40,224 nt of DNA from Toensbergia leucococca (taxonomy: Eukaryota): contig JALDZS010000207.1 in assembly GCA_022813965.1 (NCBI GenBank), forward strand, positions 1-40,224, in the 5' to 3' direction. Positions 10,578 through 21,589 of the stretch are shown piece after piece; position 1 is the first letter of the stretch; every line of letters starts with the position of its first letter. A program made the position numbers and the translations under genes. Below the pieces are notes generated by a model. The model had not been told where the DNA came from. It did no database searches and saw nothing but the letters and a program-made list of their open reading frames with translations.

Positions 10578-11126
10578 ATGGCGCAAGCTAAGTCTCGGGG
10601 TGGCCATGGAGCGAATGCACCTCAGAAGCATCTACACTCAAGGATTTCTTATCTCTATCAGGCTGCTACATATATGACTAAGGCTTGTAGCCAAGGAGCA
10701 GGAGAGAGGCTTCTGGGCTCGGATGAAAGCCTACAAAATCGAAATCCATCCGAATCATGCAACGACACCACAAAGTATAACTCGTCAATTAGCCAAAGCT
10801 CGAAAGCCTCTGGTATGACTCGCCAATTACTCTTCCACCTTCGAGGAGTTTCTATGAAAAGTCAGATTCGGCTTTCGCCTGCTATTAAACGTTCACTTTG
10901 CAAGCGTTGCGACGCTCTTCTAGTGTCTGGCTCCGACTCAACAAGTCGATTAGAGAACAAAAGCCGTGGTGGGAAGAAGCCTTGGGCAGATGTTCTTGTG
11001 GTGACCTGCAATTCTTGTGGCACCGTGAAACGCTTTCCGGTAGGGGCTAAGAGGCAGTCGAAGAGAGCCGAGAGACCGATTCAATCTCTTGAAAAAGACA
11101 GCTGCGCCAGTGCTGTACTAGCATAA
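10578..11126 (+). CDS. RPR2: RNase P subunit Rpr2/Rpp21 (SNM1 family), single exon
   Basis: KHLHSRISYLYQAA, KSQIRLSPAIKRSLCKRC and VVTCNSCGTVKRFP (two CxxC zinc pairs). First ATG at 10578. Confidence 0.9.
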   Translation: MAQAKSRGGHGANAPQKHLHSRISYLYQAATYMTKACSQGAGERLLGSDESLQNRNPSESCNDTTKYNSSISQSSKASGMTRQLLFHLRGVSMKSQIRLSPAIKRSLCKRCDALLVSGSDSTSRLENKSRGGKKPWADVLVVTCNSCGTVKRFPVGAKRQSKRAERPIQSLEKDSCASAVLA

Positions 11127-11826
11127 GGCGGACTTCGTACATTAGATGGGCCAGCAGACGAAAATTGCTTCGCCAATGTGCGACTTGCGAGGAAATTACC
11201 GCGATTGTCAAGCTTTCTATATGTGCAAAGCAACGAATCAGTCTTCGGCTCTGATTACTGATTTCCTCCTGTGAACGCTGGAAACCTTCTTCTAGATAGA
11301 AGTATCATCTAACACTCCTTACCCCTGTTGCTGAAGCTATGAACTTCGCCGAAATCTCAAGGATACGATTCCTTTGAATCTATGGCCAAAACTCATGCGA
11401 TGATGGTAGCATCCAAGTGCTTCGAAGGACCTGCAGAAGTCGTATAAGTGACCATGCAAAGGATTATATGGTCAAAACGTTCATCACATTCAAGCTCCTC
11501 CGAACTTGGAAACCGAAATCGGGGATAAAATACTATAGGTGCCGCTCCATCGTTCAAAAATGACCGAAGTTTGGGGACAGTGGTAGTGAGTGTCCTAGGG
11601 ATGTCTACATTGTCGAGCATCCCTACCATCAACCTCAATTTGTGGCTACCTATCTTAAATGACATTGCCGATTAGGGAATCTCGGTATTCGGTGACGCTA
11701 TTATATAGCACGAGCGGTGTCGAACAAAGCCATTTAATACAGAAACAGGAAGCTAATTTTCGGACAAAAGCTCTTGAACAGACTTGCTCACAAGACGAAA
11801 ATTCCACTCGTTGTGTTTGATATTTG

Positions 11827-12524
11827 TCACCTTACCTTTGTCGGTCGAAACATACAAACGTTGTGATATACTCCCTCGCCCCCCCATCTCGACATATCAG
11901 TGTCCAGTGTATCAACCTCCTCAAACCCCATTTTCTGATATAAGCCATATCCAGCCGGAGACGCTTCTACATAACAAGGGATTCCTGCCCCATCCGCCAA
12001 ATCCGTTCCCCATTGTATAAGCATTTTCCCTGCACCCCGTCTCTGGTAAGCTGGCAATGTAACAAGAAGGCCAAGTACTAATTATTTTTGTAAGCCCACG
12101 TTCAGGTTCTCTTCTAATTGCCTTAGTTGTATTCACAATAATGAGGATTCCCTTTCATCACCCTACTCCGCTTTTGATGAAACGTCCCGAAGAATTCATT
12201 GGCAGCCTCAACATTCACCCCTTTGCCCCATTCTTTCTTCTTATGCGTGCGCCATTCGTTCTCCGGTCTCTCGGTCTTGTAAGTGTGCCATTTCGCAATG
12301 GCAACGATTTCTTCATTTATGTCGGTATCTATCACTGTCATGAATGCAATTGTAGGATCTTTCATCTCTTGCCGACCATGCTCGAGAGCTTTGGATCGAG
12401 CATCGAGTGTGAGTCCTCCAGGGAACATTATGTTGTTCCAAGGGTCGCGTGAGAAGGCAATAATTTGTACTGTCAGCATCCGCTCTAAGTCGGTCTCAGT
12501 TGGTTGTCGAAGGATGAGTGGCAT
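11827..12524 (-). CDS. GNAT-family N-acetyltransferase, 2 exons
   Basis: Exon 1 ...IVAIAKW...PHY joins LLGLLVTLPAYQRRGAGKMLIQWG (acetyl-CoA Q/RxxGxG motif) and YVEASPAGYGLYQKMGF. Confidence 0.9.
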
Positions 12525-12810
12525 GATCAGAGCTTCCTTATATATTTGACTCGGGGATTAAGTTCTAGATAGTGGCGTCTCTAAAAGATCACTCCCTACC
12601 TATGCTTCAATAAAACCCCACAATTCGTAAACAGCTTATAGAATACCCGAGCCATGACGTCATTTTCGTGGGACTGCCTATTTGTCTACTCGTAACGTCA
12701 AACTTCCCACCCATCACAATAGAACAAGTCCACGCCTCATATCGCGATCCAGAAGCAGATTGAGATACGATGATACAAGTGCCAATCCATACAGTAGAGG
12801 TGCTACGGTG

Positions 12811-14673
12811 ATGCAAAGCGCTATGCCTCGGCCCTTCATCGCAGCTTCCTTGACCTTGATCCTAGGTGTGGGTTGCTTCCTCACCCTCCGATACCTAGAT
12901 GAAAGACATGCGAGCTCCTTCCATCATGACTACAAGCCTGCGTTGTTTCATGTTCCCTCATATATGGGGTCCGACCCTCACGCCTTCCAGGAGCACGGCA
13001 TTTGGGATAAGGATCAAGTTGAGAGTCACGCGGAGGCAAATGGAGACTGGAACATCTTATACCACCTTGGCGGCAATTCGCCTTGGATCAGGAACATCAA
13101 TGATATTATTGAGGGAGGCATTGCGCCGCCAGAAGGTTGCAGTGTTGAGCAAGTTCATATGGTCAGCTAGAGCTACTGTATTGTGTTGCAGGATTTAAAG
13201 AACCGAGAAGCTGATTATGTTCCGTCGTATGTAGATGTCTAGGCACGCTGAACGTTTTCCTACAAAGAGTGCCGGTGGGCGTAGGTCTTGTGGCTCTGTC
13301 CTTCCTGTAGTATGGCATCCGTTGTTTCGCAGACATCGACTGATATTCATATTACTTAGGTATGCTTGATTTACTTCAACGTATCAGAAACACAAACATT
13401 TCTCTCGAAGGTGACCTCAAGTTCGTCAACGATTGGGAATATTTCATTCAAGGTCTACCACCTCTCCAAAACCTTAAGATCCTCTGGTCCTAATCCACAA
13501 TGTCAGACCCTTCCAGAGAGCTAGATCAACTTATAAGTACCGGTCCCTATGCTGGTACTCTTTCTGCCTTCAAAAGCGGTACTAAACTCCGCACCCGCTA
13601 CTCCCACCTCATCCCCCATCCCTCGAGCTTCCACCAAACCCACCTCTGGGCCAGCGGCTCCCACCGCGTCATAGAATCAGCCCGGTATTTCTCCACCGGC
13701 TTTTTCGGCCTCGATTGGGCTTCAAGCAGCGCAGCTCTGCACATCATCCCAGAAACCACCGATCTAGGTGCTGACACACTGACTCCGGGAGACACATGTG
13801 TTCGTTACCGCAACGATACCGAATACGGGCACGACTACGGCGTGAAGCAGCTTGTCAAATACAGATCTACATACCTTCCAGCCATCAGAGCTCGGTTTCA
13901 AGACCAAAACTCTGGAATCGTATTCTCCGATGAAGAGATTTATGGCATGCAAGAGATTTGTGGCTTCGAGACGTTAGTGCGTGGCCACAGTCTATGGTGT
14001 AACGCTTTCACCCACGAAGACTGGCTGAACTTTGAGTACGCAAGGGACGTAATCCATTATTACCGTAGCGGACCTGGAAATAAATATGGACCGGTCATTG
14101 GCTGGTTGTGGTTGAATGCTACGTCCAACTTACTCGAAATGGGACCTGACAACGGTACTTTGTTCTTCAGCTTGTAAGTCTTCTCGCACTGTTAGCTCAA
14201 TCCCATAATCGCAAGATTGGTCCTTACAGCCACAACACAGTGTCCACGACGGCGACATCATCCCCATGCTCGCAGCCCTCGACCTCTTCCCCTCCGCTTT
14301 CCCCCTCCCTCTAACCCATAACCCGATATCCCGCACCTGGCGCACCTCCCAAGTCGTCCCCATGAGCGGCCGTATCATATTTGAACGCCTCAAATGTCAA
14401 TCTAGCCCCAACCCAACTAGAACCCCTCCCGATTCAGATATTCAAGTCCTCACAAATCAGGATCAAAAAGCACAATCTACCACCTTCATCCGCATCAACA
14501 TTAATGACGGTATCGTCGCTCTCCCTGGCTGCGATAGTGGCCCTGGCTCTAGCTGTCCGCTCGAAGAATTCTTGGCACGTGTGAGGAGGCGCGGGGATGA
14601 GATTGGGGACTTCAGGGACATATGTGGATTGGATGAGAAAGTAGCGGGGAGGATCACATTTTTGCATCAGTGA
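12811..14673 (+). CDS. Histidine acid phosphatase / 3-phytase family with N-terminal membrane anchor or signal, multi-exon
   Basis: Hydrophobic FIAASLTLILGVGCFLTL, WNILYHLGGNSPW, catalytic MSRHAERFP in a micro-exon near 13235-13280, VHDGDI proton-donor motif, and C-terminal CDSGPGSSCPL. Confidence 0.92.
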
Positions 14674-16811
14674 GGTAGGGAGTGTGATGGTATAGACAAA
14701 GAACTAAATATATTACTAATCCAGACATCGACGGCGGGTGCGCCAAGAGGCCCTTTCCACATCAGTAGGATGCACCCTCGATCCTTCCTCCTTTGGTATC
14801 CATCGACCATGACTAAGATTCATATGAGGAAAAGATCATTGCAAATTTGGCGCGCTTTAGAAGACAACAGAGACAAACCCTGGGTGCCCCCACGTTTTGA
14901 AATCTTGGGCGGTTCGAGACCAGCTCCCTGCGGTAGAGAGAAGTGATGAGCTGGATAAAGTTTATGGCCCACATGAAGATCTTTGACCACCTTTGGTGAG
15001 AGTGGAGAGGACGAGAAGGAAACACTCACTACCTAGCCCTAAAGCGAGAATAGGGTTGGGGTCGGGGCAATTGTTGAGGCGGGGTCTGAGAAAACATCCT
15101 CAAAGATCGAGATTGCATTTTGGCACGACGGGTAGCCCGCCCTTAGTGATAAGAGCATTCCGGGATGGCAGAGCGTCTCCGCAGGGATTGCAGTTGATGA
15201 TCCGGTGTACGAGGGTACCTGACGATAAGCAACCGTCATTTTAGACTTTTTCAAGCGAGGTGGAGATGAAACTTCAAGTCCCACTTCTATCATGCAAGGT
15301 TTGCTTTGGACTTCAACTTATCCGTACCTACTACGATACTTGCTGAAAGAGAAGTAGAACAATGCAAGATGCTCGGCATACTTGAGGTATGTGACGAATA
15401 TTGTTGCGAACGATCGACTGCGCTATGCCAATTCCCAAGTGCTTATGAATCCTTACAGGTAGACATGCCGTCTCTCGCTCCTCACATGCAGTCGACACCA
15501 CACTAGTTCTATTTACTGTAGTAGTGATTGGAAGGCTAGAATTGTAGTAGCATGCAAACAATGGGGCAGCAATTTTGATGGCCTGACGGTCGGAGTCCTA
15601 GGACTGGCGAAGTCGACTTTGTATACTATGAACGCAATAATAGAGAACGTATTGCAGTGAGTCTTATGGAGCCCCAATTGTCTAATTGTACATACACGCA
15701 ATTGGTAAATAACTTGTCGTGAATGGAAGTTGGAACCGAGACAAGTGACAGCGGTCCGTCTTTGTAGCGAAAAAGGGGCGTACACTATACCGCTTTGAGA
15801 AGAGACATCAGGAATATGATTGGCTCCGTAAGCAGGATTCAAATTAAGTCCGACCATCCGACGACTGCCGTTGACAGAGAACTCAATGTAAAAGCCAAAA
15901 ATAATGATATCTTTAGGAGGCACCGCAATCGAAGCTTAGTTGAACATCAGCATGTAGATACCAGGATGTAGCCAATTCCCCGCTGACAAAGCGAACCCTG
16001 CGTGGCAATAGGGACGGGGCAGGCAGTGCAGCAACCTGTTTGAAACCCTCCCCTGAGGACTTTGTAGCGTTCCACAAGTGGAGCATCCATTGTGCCTCAC
16101 GCCTCTACCGACCTTGCACAGATAAGTTAATTTCAAGTACCTCTGACGAATACTCCGTACCTTAAAGAGCTTTCTGCTTGTCTACTCGTAGTTGTAGAAG
16201 AATGATTGGAGAATGATTGGAGAATTCCCTTGATTGCCTGAAGCTAGTCGCTGGCGATCTGCCGGACGTGAAAACTCGAGCCGCGCCTTCCCTTCACCAT
16301 CAATCCCTCATCAACAGTAGTGTTGGGGTCATATCGCCATTCACTCGTTATATTTTTCGCGATTGGCCTTGTTGACGACCTTGAATCAAGCGTTCGGAAC
16401 GTGGCATCTCTTTCTATTCCAGGACCCTTAATCGTCTTAGTGACAAATCGAGGTTGGCGCACAATCCGGAAGCCGTTGGAGATCTCCAGTCAAAGTCAAC
16501 CGAAATATCTTTTCCCTATCTGGGTCTATCCAAGCAGTAAACAGCCACTCTTTACGCTGAAACCATCGTCTTCACCATCATCGCCCCCTCACGCTCGTTA
16601 CTACGACTCAAGCCTTGATCCCTCGACGCACAACTGGTCTTTTCATTGAATCGCTTCGGGCGCAGTCTCGTCGGATGTTGGTCGTTGGCACTTGGTGACC
16701 AGCTGGATACGCGAAAATCTTCATTGCCCACGGTCCCTCGTGGCTTCGGCTTTTGTTCCATAGCCTGCGCAAATTGCACACTGTAGCTTTGGAATCTTCT
16801 ACACGCATACC

Positions 16812-19570
16812 ATGGCGCCTTCGCCTCCTAGATTACGGATACTATCAGGTAGGCACCCTACATCGTTACTTCACCGACACATTCAGACCTTCATGGAGCT
16901 TTCTACTTCACCGCCTAACCCGGTTCCTTCGTTTTACATCCTTCTGTATTGCAATGCCTGTGAAGCTAAGAAATTCCTATCTAATAGTTGGAGGCAATGC
17001 CGTCTCGGCCTTCTTGTCCTGGCGACTCCAAGCTACTAACGCTTGCGACGTCACCTTGGTTTGGAAATCTGGCTTCGATGCCGTATCGCAATATGGCATC
17101 TCATTCCGGTAAGCGGATCTCATGGTCTGGTGGTCCTGGAAATTGTATTGACTTTGATTTTGCACAGATCCAAGCTCTTCGGCAACGAACGGTTCAAACC
17201 ACGTCATGGTATGCATAGCTGCCCCATCTTCGATAGAGTAACGCCGAAAAAGCTGACGTACGCACAGTCGTCCGAACTCCAGAGGATGCAGCTGGTAGGA
17301 AAGGAGCTTTTGATTACGTCCTGCTTTGTGTAAAAGCATTGCCAGATGTCTACGATCTTGCTGCTGTCATTGAACCCGTCGTCACACCACAACATACTTG
17401 CATCCTCGTCAATACCACCCATACCCTTGGAGTGGAAACACATTTAGAACAAAGGTTCCCAACCAATGTGGTACTCTCGCTAGTTTCAGGAGCTGAGATA
17501 ACCCAACTGGGATCAAGCGAGTTTGAGCATCTTGGAGCTACAGATGTCTGGGTTGGTCCTGCGAACAGAAACCCGACCATACCGGCGGCCATACAAAACG
17601 ATATGGCTGAAGCACTAGCAATGACATTGAGTACCGGTCAAGTCGAGTGCAAAGTATCTCAAAATATCAGGCAACAACAATACGAACGCATGATCGGGTG
17701 AGTCTACAAGCTTACCACATAACAGGAATGTCATATACTAACGCGTAGCAGGCCGATTGCCTTCCATCCTCCCAGCGTACTCTTTGAAATCCCTTCACAT
17801 GCAGATCTTATAACAAAAATTGGAGTTCGCCAAATGATATCAGATGTCATTGAGGAGCTCCTCCAGATTGCAGCCGCTCAAGACTGCAACTTTCCTGAAG
17901 ATTTTAAGCAGAAGACTATAGAAGGCATGACTAGACCTGCAGAAATGAATAGCACGATGTATCAGGATTTTACGGCCAAAAGACCTATGGAGGTGGAAAC
18001 TTATCTTGGATCACCTATAAAGCTTGCTCAAGAAACAGGGGTCAGCGTGCCCCGAATAGAGACCTTATACGCCCTTCTCCATCATTGCAACATCGTCAAC
18101 CAGCAAAGGCCACCTGCACCTCCATTGTCGCCGAATTCAGTATCTGGACCAACACCCCCACCTCGGCTATCCTCGGCACCTCCCCCGCGAGCACCACCAC
18201 ATGGCTATGTGAATGGAAACGGTATGCGTGGCGGGAGGAATCCGTTAATGGGCCCTCCAATGAGGCGAGGGGCGCCTTCTATGAATGGTTATCCACCTCG
18301 AACATCCAACGGCTACAATCCCCGTGGACCGCCACCTCATTCTTTGAGCAGTAGGCCATCATTCGAGGGTAAGCCATCCATGGAAGGCAACGATCTCGAG
18401 GAATTTAGCCACCTTGTCTTGTACGATGACATTCCCGAGGGAGGTGTAGCTCCTGGATATTCTGATATGGGGAACGGTATTGTGCCTTCTCCTTCGGAAC
18501 TGGCGTTGCGAGAGAAAGAACTCATGTTACGGCAAAGAGAATTGCAGATAAGAGAGCAGGAATACAATTTGAAACGGGGAAACAGAAGACCACCTCCACC
18601 GTCTCAAAGAGGAGGGTTTGAGGATGACGATGATGAAGATGATGATTTCGTTGACCCCATGGCAGCTCGTGGATCAAGGCCTCATATTGATCCAGAAAAT
18701 TTCGACATGATGAGTGTTACCTCTCGCCGAACCCGCAAAGCTCCAAGTGCCAGTCAATTGCGCAAAGATCCTGAGTTTGGAGCTGGAGGAAGAGGTGGTA
18801 TGCGTCAAAGTCACACATTTGGCGGATTCAGACCTGGGACAAACCGTAACAGAGCATCCGCACGACTAATGGCAGATGTCCCCGGCCTCCATGAGTCATT
18901 GATGGATAATCCGTTAATGGGGTATTCTTCAAATCGCTATGCCAACGTTGATAGGAAGATGATCGGAGATGAGTCAAGATCGAATTCCCTGACAGCAGCA
19001 CGATTGAACGAGCTTCAGGGTGCTGGAAACAACGCTGGAATGCACGGTGCGTATCCAAGCCCTCCGATGGCTCGACGAGCAAGCCAGTCACCCGGAAATC
19101 CGTTTAATCCAGGTGGGAAGGCAATGGGTAGACCGTCACCACCGAATGACGGGTACATGTCACCAAACGGTATGGCTCCAAATGGTATGGCGCCGAACGG
19201 CATGATGCCAAACGTTATGGCACCCAACGGGATGCAAGCGAATGGCATGCATATGAATGGAATGCATATGAATGGGATGCAAATGAATGGAGGGCCATCA
19301 CCTCCGGGTATGATGCGTGAACCTGTGCCTAGATATCCTCCTGGGCATGGGAATGCGGTGGCACCACAACAAGTCGAGCAACATGCTGGGGTGAGCAACT
19401 TATACCCACCCAATGGTCTTCCACAGAAACAAATGCGCAGTCTGACGGGTAGTGCGAGCGCTAGCGCGGGGAGTGGTGATAGCGGAACCAGCGCACAAAT
19501 AGACTCAGAGAACTCTGCTCAAAGCAGCTCGAGCAGCCTCGGACCTCGAGTGCCAGTTGGCGTCAGATGA
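16812..19570 (+). CDS. Ketopantoate reductase (PanE/ApbA)-like domain protein with long disordered C-terminus (Svl3/Pam1/Mug72-like), 5 exons
   Basis: Spliced N-terminus MAPSPPRLRILSVGGNAVSAFLSWRLQATNACDVTLVWK, FDYVLLCVKALPDVYDL, STMYQDFTAKRPMEVETYLGSP (ApbA_C-like), followed by a P/G/N/M-rich tail. Confidence 0.88.
19157..19291 (+). repeat. Coding minisatellite: nine 15-bp units encoding MxxNG pentapeptides
   Basis: MSPNG MAPNG MAPNG MMPNV MAPNG MQANG MHMNG MHMNG MQMNG. Confidence 0.9.
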
Positions 19571-20564
19571 TGACATGAACACTGCCACGCCATATTCCCA
19601 TACAGGACGTCTGCTTTTGGTCTTCTCGAATGATTGATTTTCTCGAGTGACCTCGCCATGTATATCAACTAAAACCGATTTTCCAACCGACACCTTGGCA
19701 TGGGCTAAGCTACTTTTACCAGCATTGCATACGCGCGACTCCTTCTCGGACACTTCAGTAATGGATGAGCGGACAACGGCCCGATCAGCAGGTCTCTAAT
19801 GACGGATAGAAGTTCAGGGGTGACGCTTCACATAGGGTTCATCCATTGCATTACTCTACACTCTTTCTTTTGTATATACGCACACGATTAAGCATTTGTC
19901 AATGTCCCGTGGGCATTGAAACATAATATTGCATTGGGACTCAGCGTTTAGGGGTTCTTGTTGTTTTCTTCATTCGTGTCTCCTGTGCTTCTTAATATTG
20001 CATTTGCGCGGTGGCATGAAGTCAGAAGACGGGATCTCCTCGTTTTGTGGCAGCGAGTAGCTGTGGTCGTGTATTAGCTCAATTGGCAAGCTATAGAGAG
20101 AGACGATCCTCGGTTGGTTCCTTCTAGCCCATCCATTTGCTATTGATAGTCCCTTTTCCTCGAAGATGGAGCACACAACTATTGGGAAACACTAGACACG
20201 GTATGACTCTGTGCCCTTGCATTATCTCGTATCGCCCTGCAATTCATGTGTAGGAAATTGTGGAAAGGGTCTCTCCGTCATCTCAATGGTCACGTGCTCT
20301 CCCCAAACCCGTACGAGTACGAGTATACGAGTAGATAATACAGTACACCCATTGCACTTACTTGAGGAGTGCGAGTAACATGAGAACGGCGAGGTATCAG
20401 AGATAAATTTCGGTATTCAAAAAAATGTCTTCCCCCACACCTCCCCCTCTACAACCCTCCGAGTCCCACCATACCTTCCTTCCCTGTCCTCAGAGTCTGC
20501 CGATTTCGACTCCATCCTCCAACCTCGGCCCCATAATATAACATCCCGACCCAACCCCACCAAA

Positions 20565-20929
20565 ATGTCCCACCCCTCAACCAACAGCACGAATAATGCC
20601 CTACAGCACTCCTCCTCCACCTCCACAAACCGTCACAGACAGTACACGCATCTCCACGCCCAACTCGCGTCTCTGAATGCCAACTTGGCGGATACGGAAA
20701 ATCTGGTGAGGATGACGGCTGTGCAGGCGGAGGGGGTGAGGGGGTTGGGGGGGTGGTGGGGGGGATTGTAAGTTTTTCCTCCCTTGGATTTGTGGATTTG
20801 CGGATTTAGGGGGGGTTTGGTGTAAGGGCTGACTTGTTCATTTGGGGGGGGTGTGGTAGATTTGTGGCTGCTTCGAAGGTGTTGGGGGAAGGGGAGGGGG
20901 AAGGAAAGGAGGAGCGGGAGGAGAGATGA
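20565..20929 (+). CDS. HSK3: DASH/Dam1 kinetochore complex subunit Hsk3, 2 exons
   Basis: RQYTHLHAQLASLNANLADTENLVRMTAVQAEGVRGLGGWWGGL/FVAASKVLGE matches the Hsk3 pattern. GTAAGT...GCTGAC...TAG intron at about 20768-20859. Confidence 0.88.
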
Positions 20930-21589
20930 GAGGGATTTGAATGCGTGGAGTTGGGGTGTGATTGTTCATATGTGGAGGAGAAGAGCGGGTAGAGTGGAGA
21001 ACGTGGGTTCTGTGGCCAGAAGGGAGATAGTAGCGAGACTACTATCGGCGTTTGCTGTGGCGTAGCTGTGGGAGACGAGTATGTTATGGATCATTCTTTG
21101 TTTGCATAATAATTTTTTTTCCTAACTCGCTCGGTAGCCCGTTCCAACCTCTACCTTCTTCTCATCTCCAGCCAAGGAAAGCGAAGATGCCCCTTTCTCC
21201 CGGCCCCTCAATCCCGACTCTTGAAGTCTGGCAGTCTGTTGTGTCCGATTCTTTGGAATTTGTGCCGGAGATAATTACAGAAGCGATGTCGATCCGAGAC
21301 TCCAATGCTCAAGGAGGTGTGCCTTTTGGGGAAGGGGGAGGATGGTTCTGGACCTCCTTTTCTTGCTCATTCAGGCTCTTCTAATATGCATATCTTCTTA
21401 CTCTACTTCCGTACCACCCACCAGCTCAACCAGCTCGGCGAGTTGATCTATCGATTTGTTCAAGCCTTCACTCATCCACTCTTCGCATATGCATTTGTCT
21501 ACTTTTGCTTCGGCGCTTTCACCCCAGAATATGGCTCTTATCAACGCCACTATCTATCTATCCTCTTCTTTCCCCTCTTGTCTCTCCTT

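Noticed and set aside
14813..15923. Several 65-136 aa ORFs between the phosphatase and PanE-like genes
   Set aside because: No recognisable motif or consistent exon chain; mostly non-ATG starts.
21100..21560. Normal-complexity segment with coding-like minus-strand reading
   Set aside because: Interrupted by stops, with no start or homology evident. It could be UTR or a relic, but this is unsupported.
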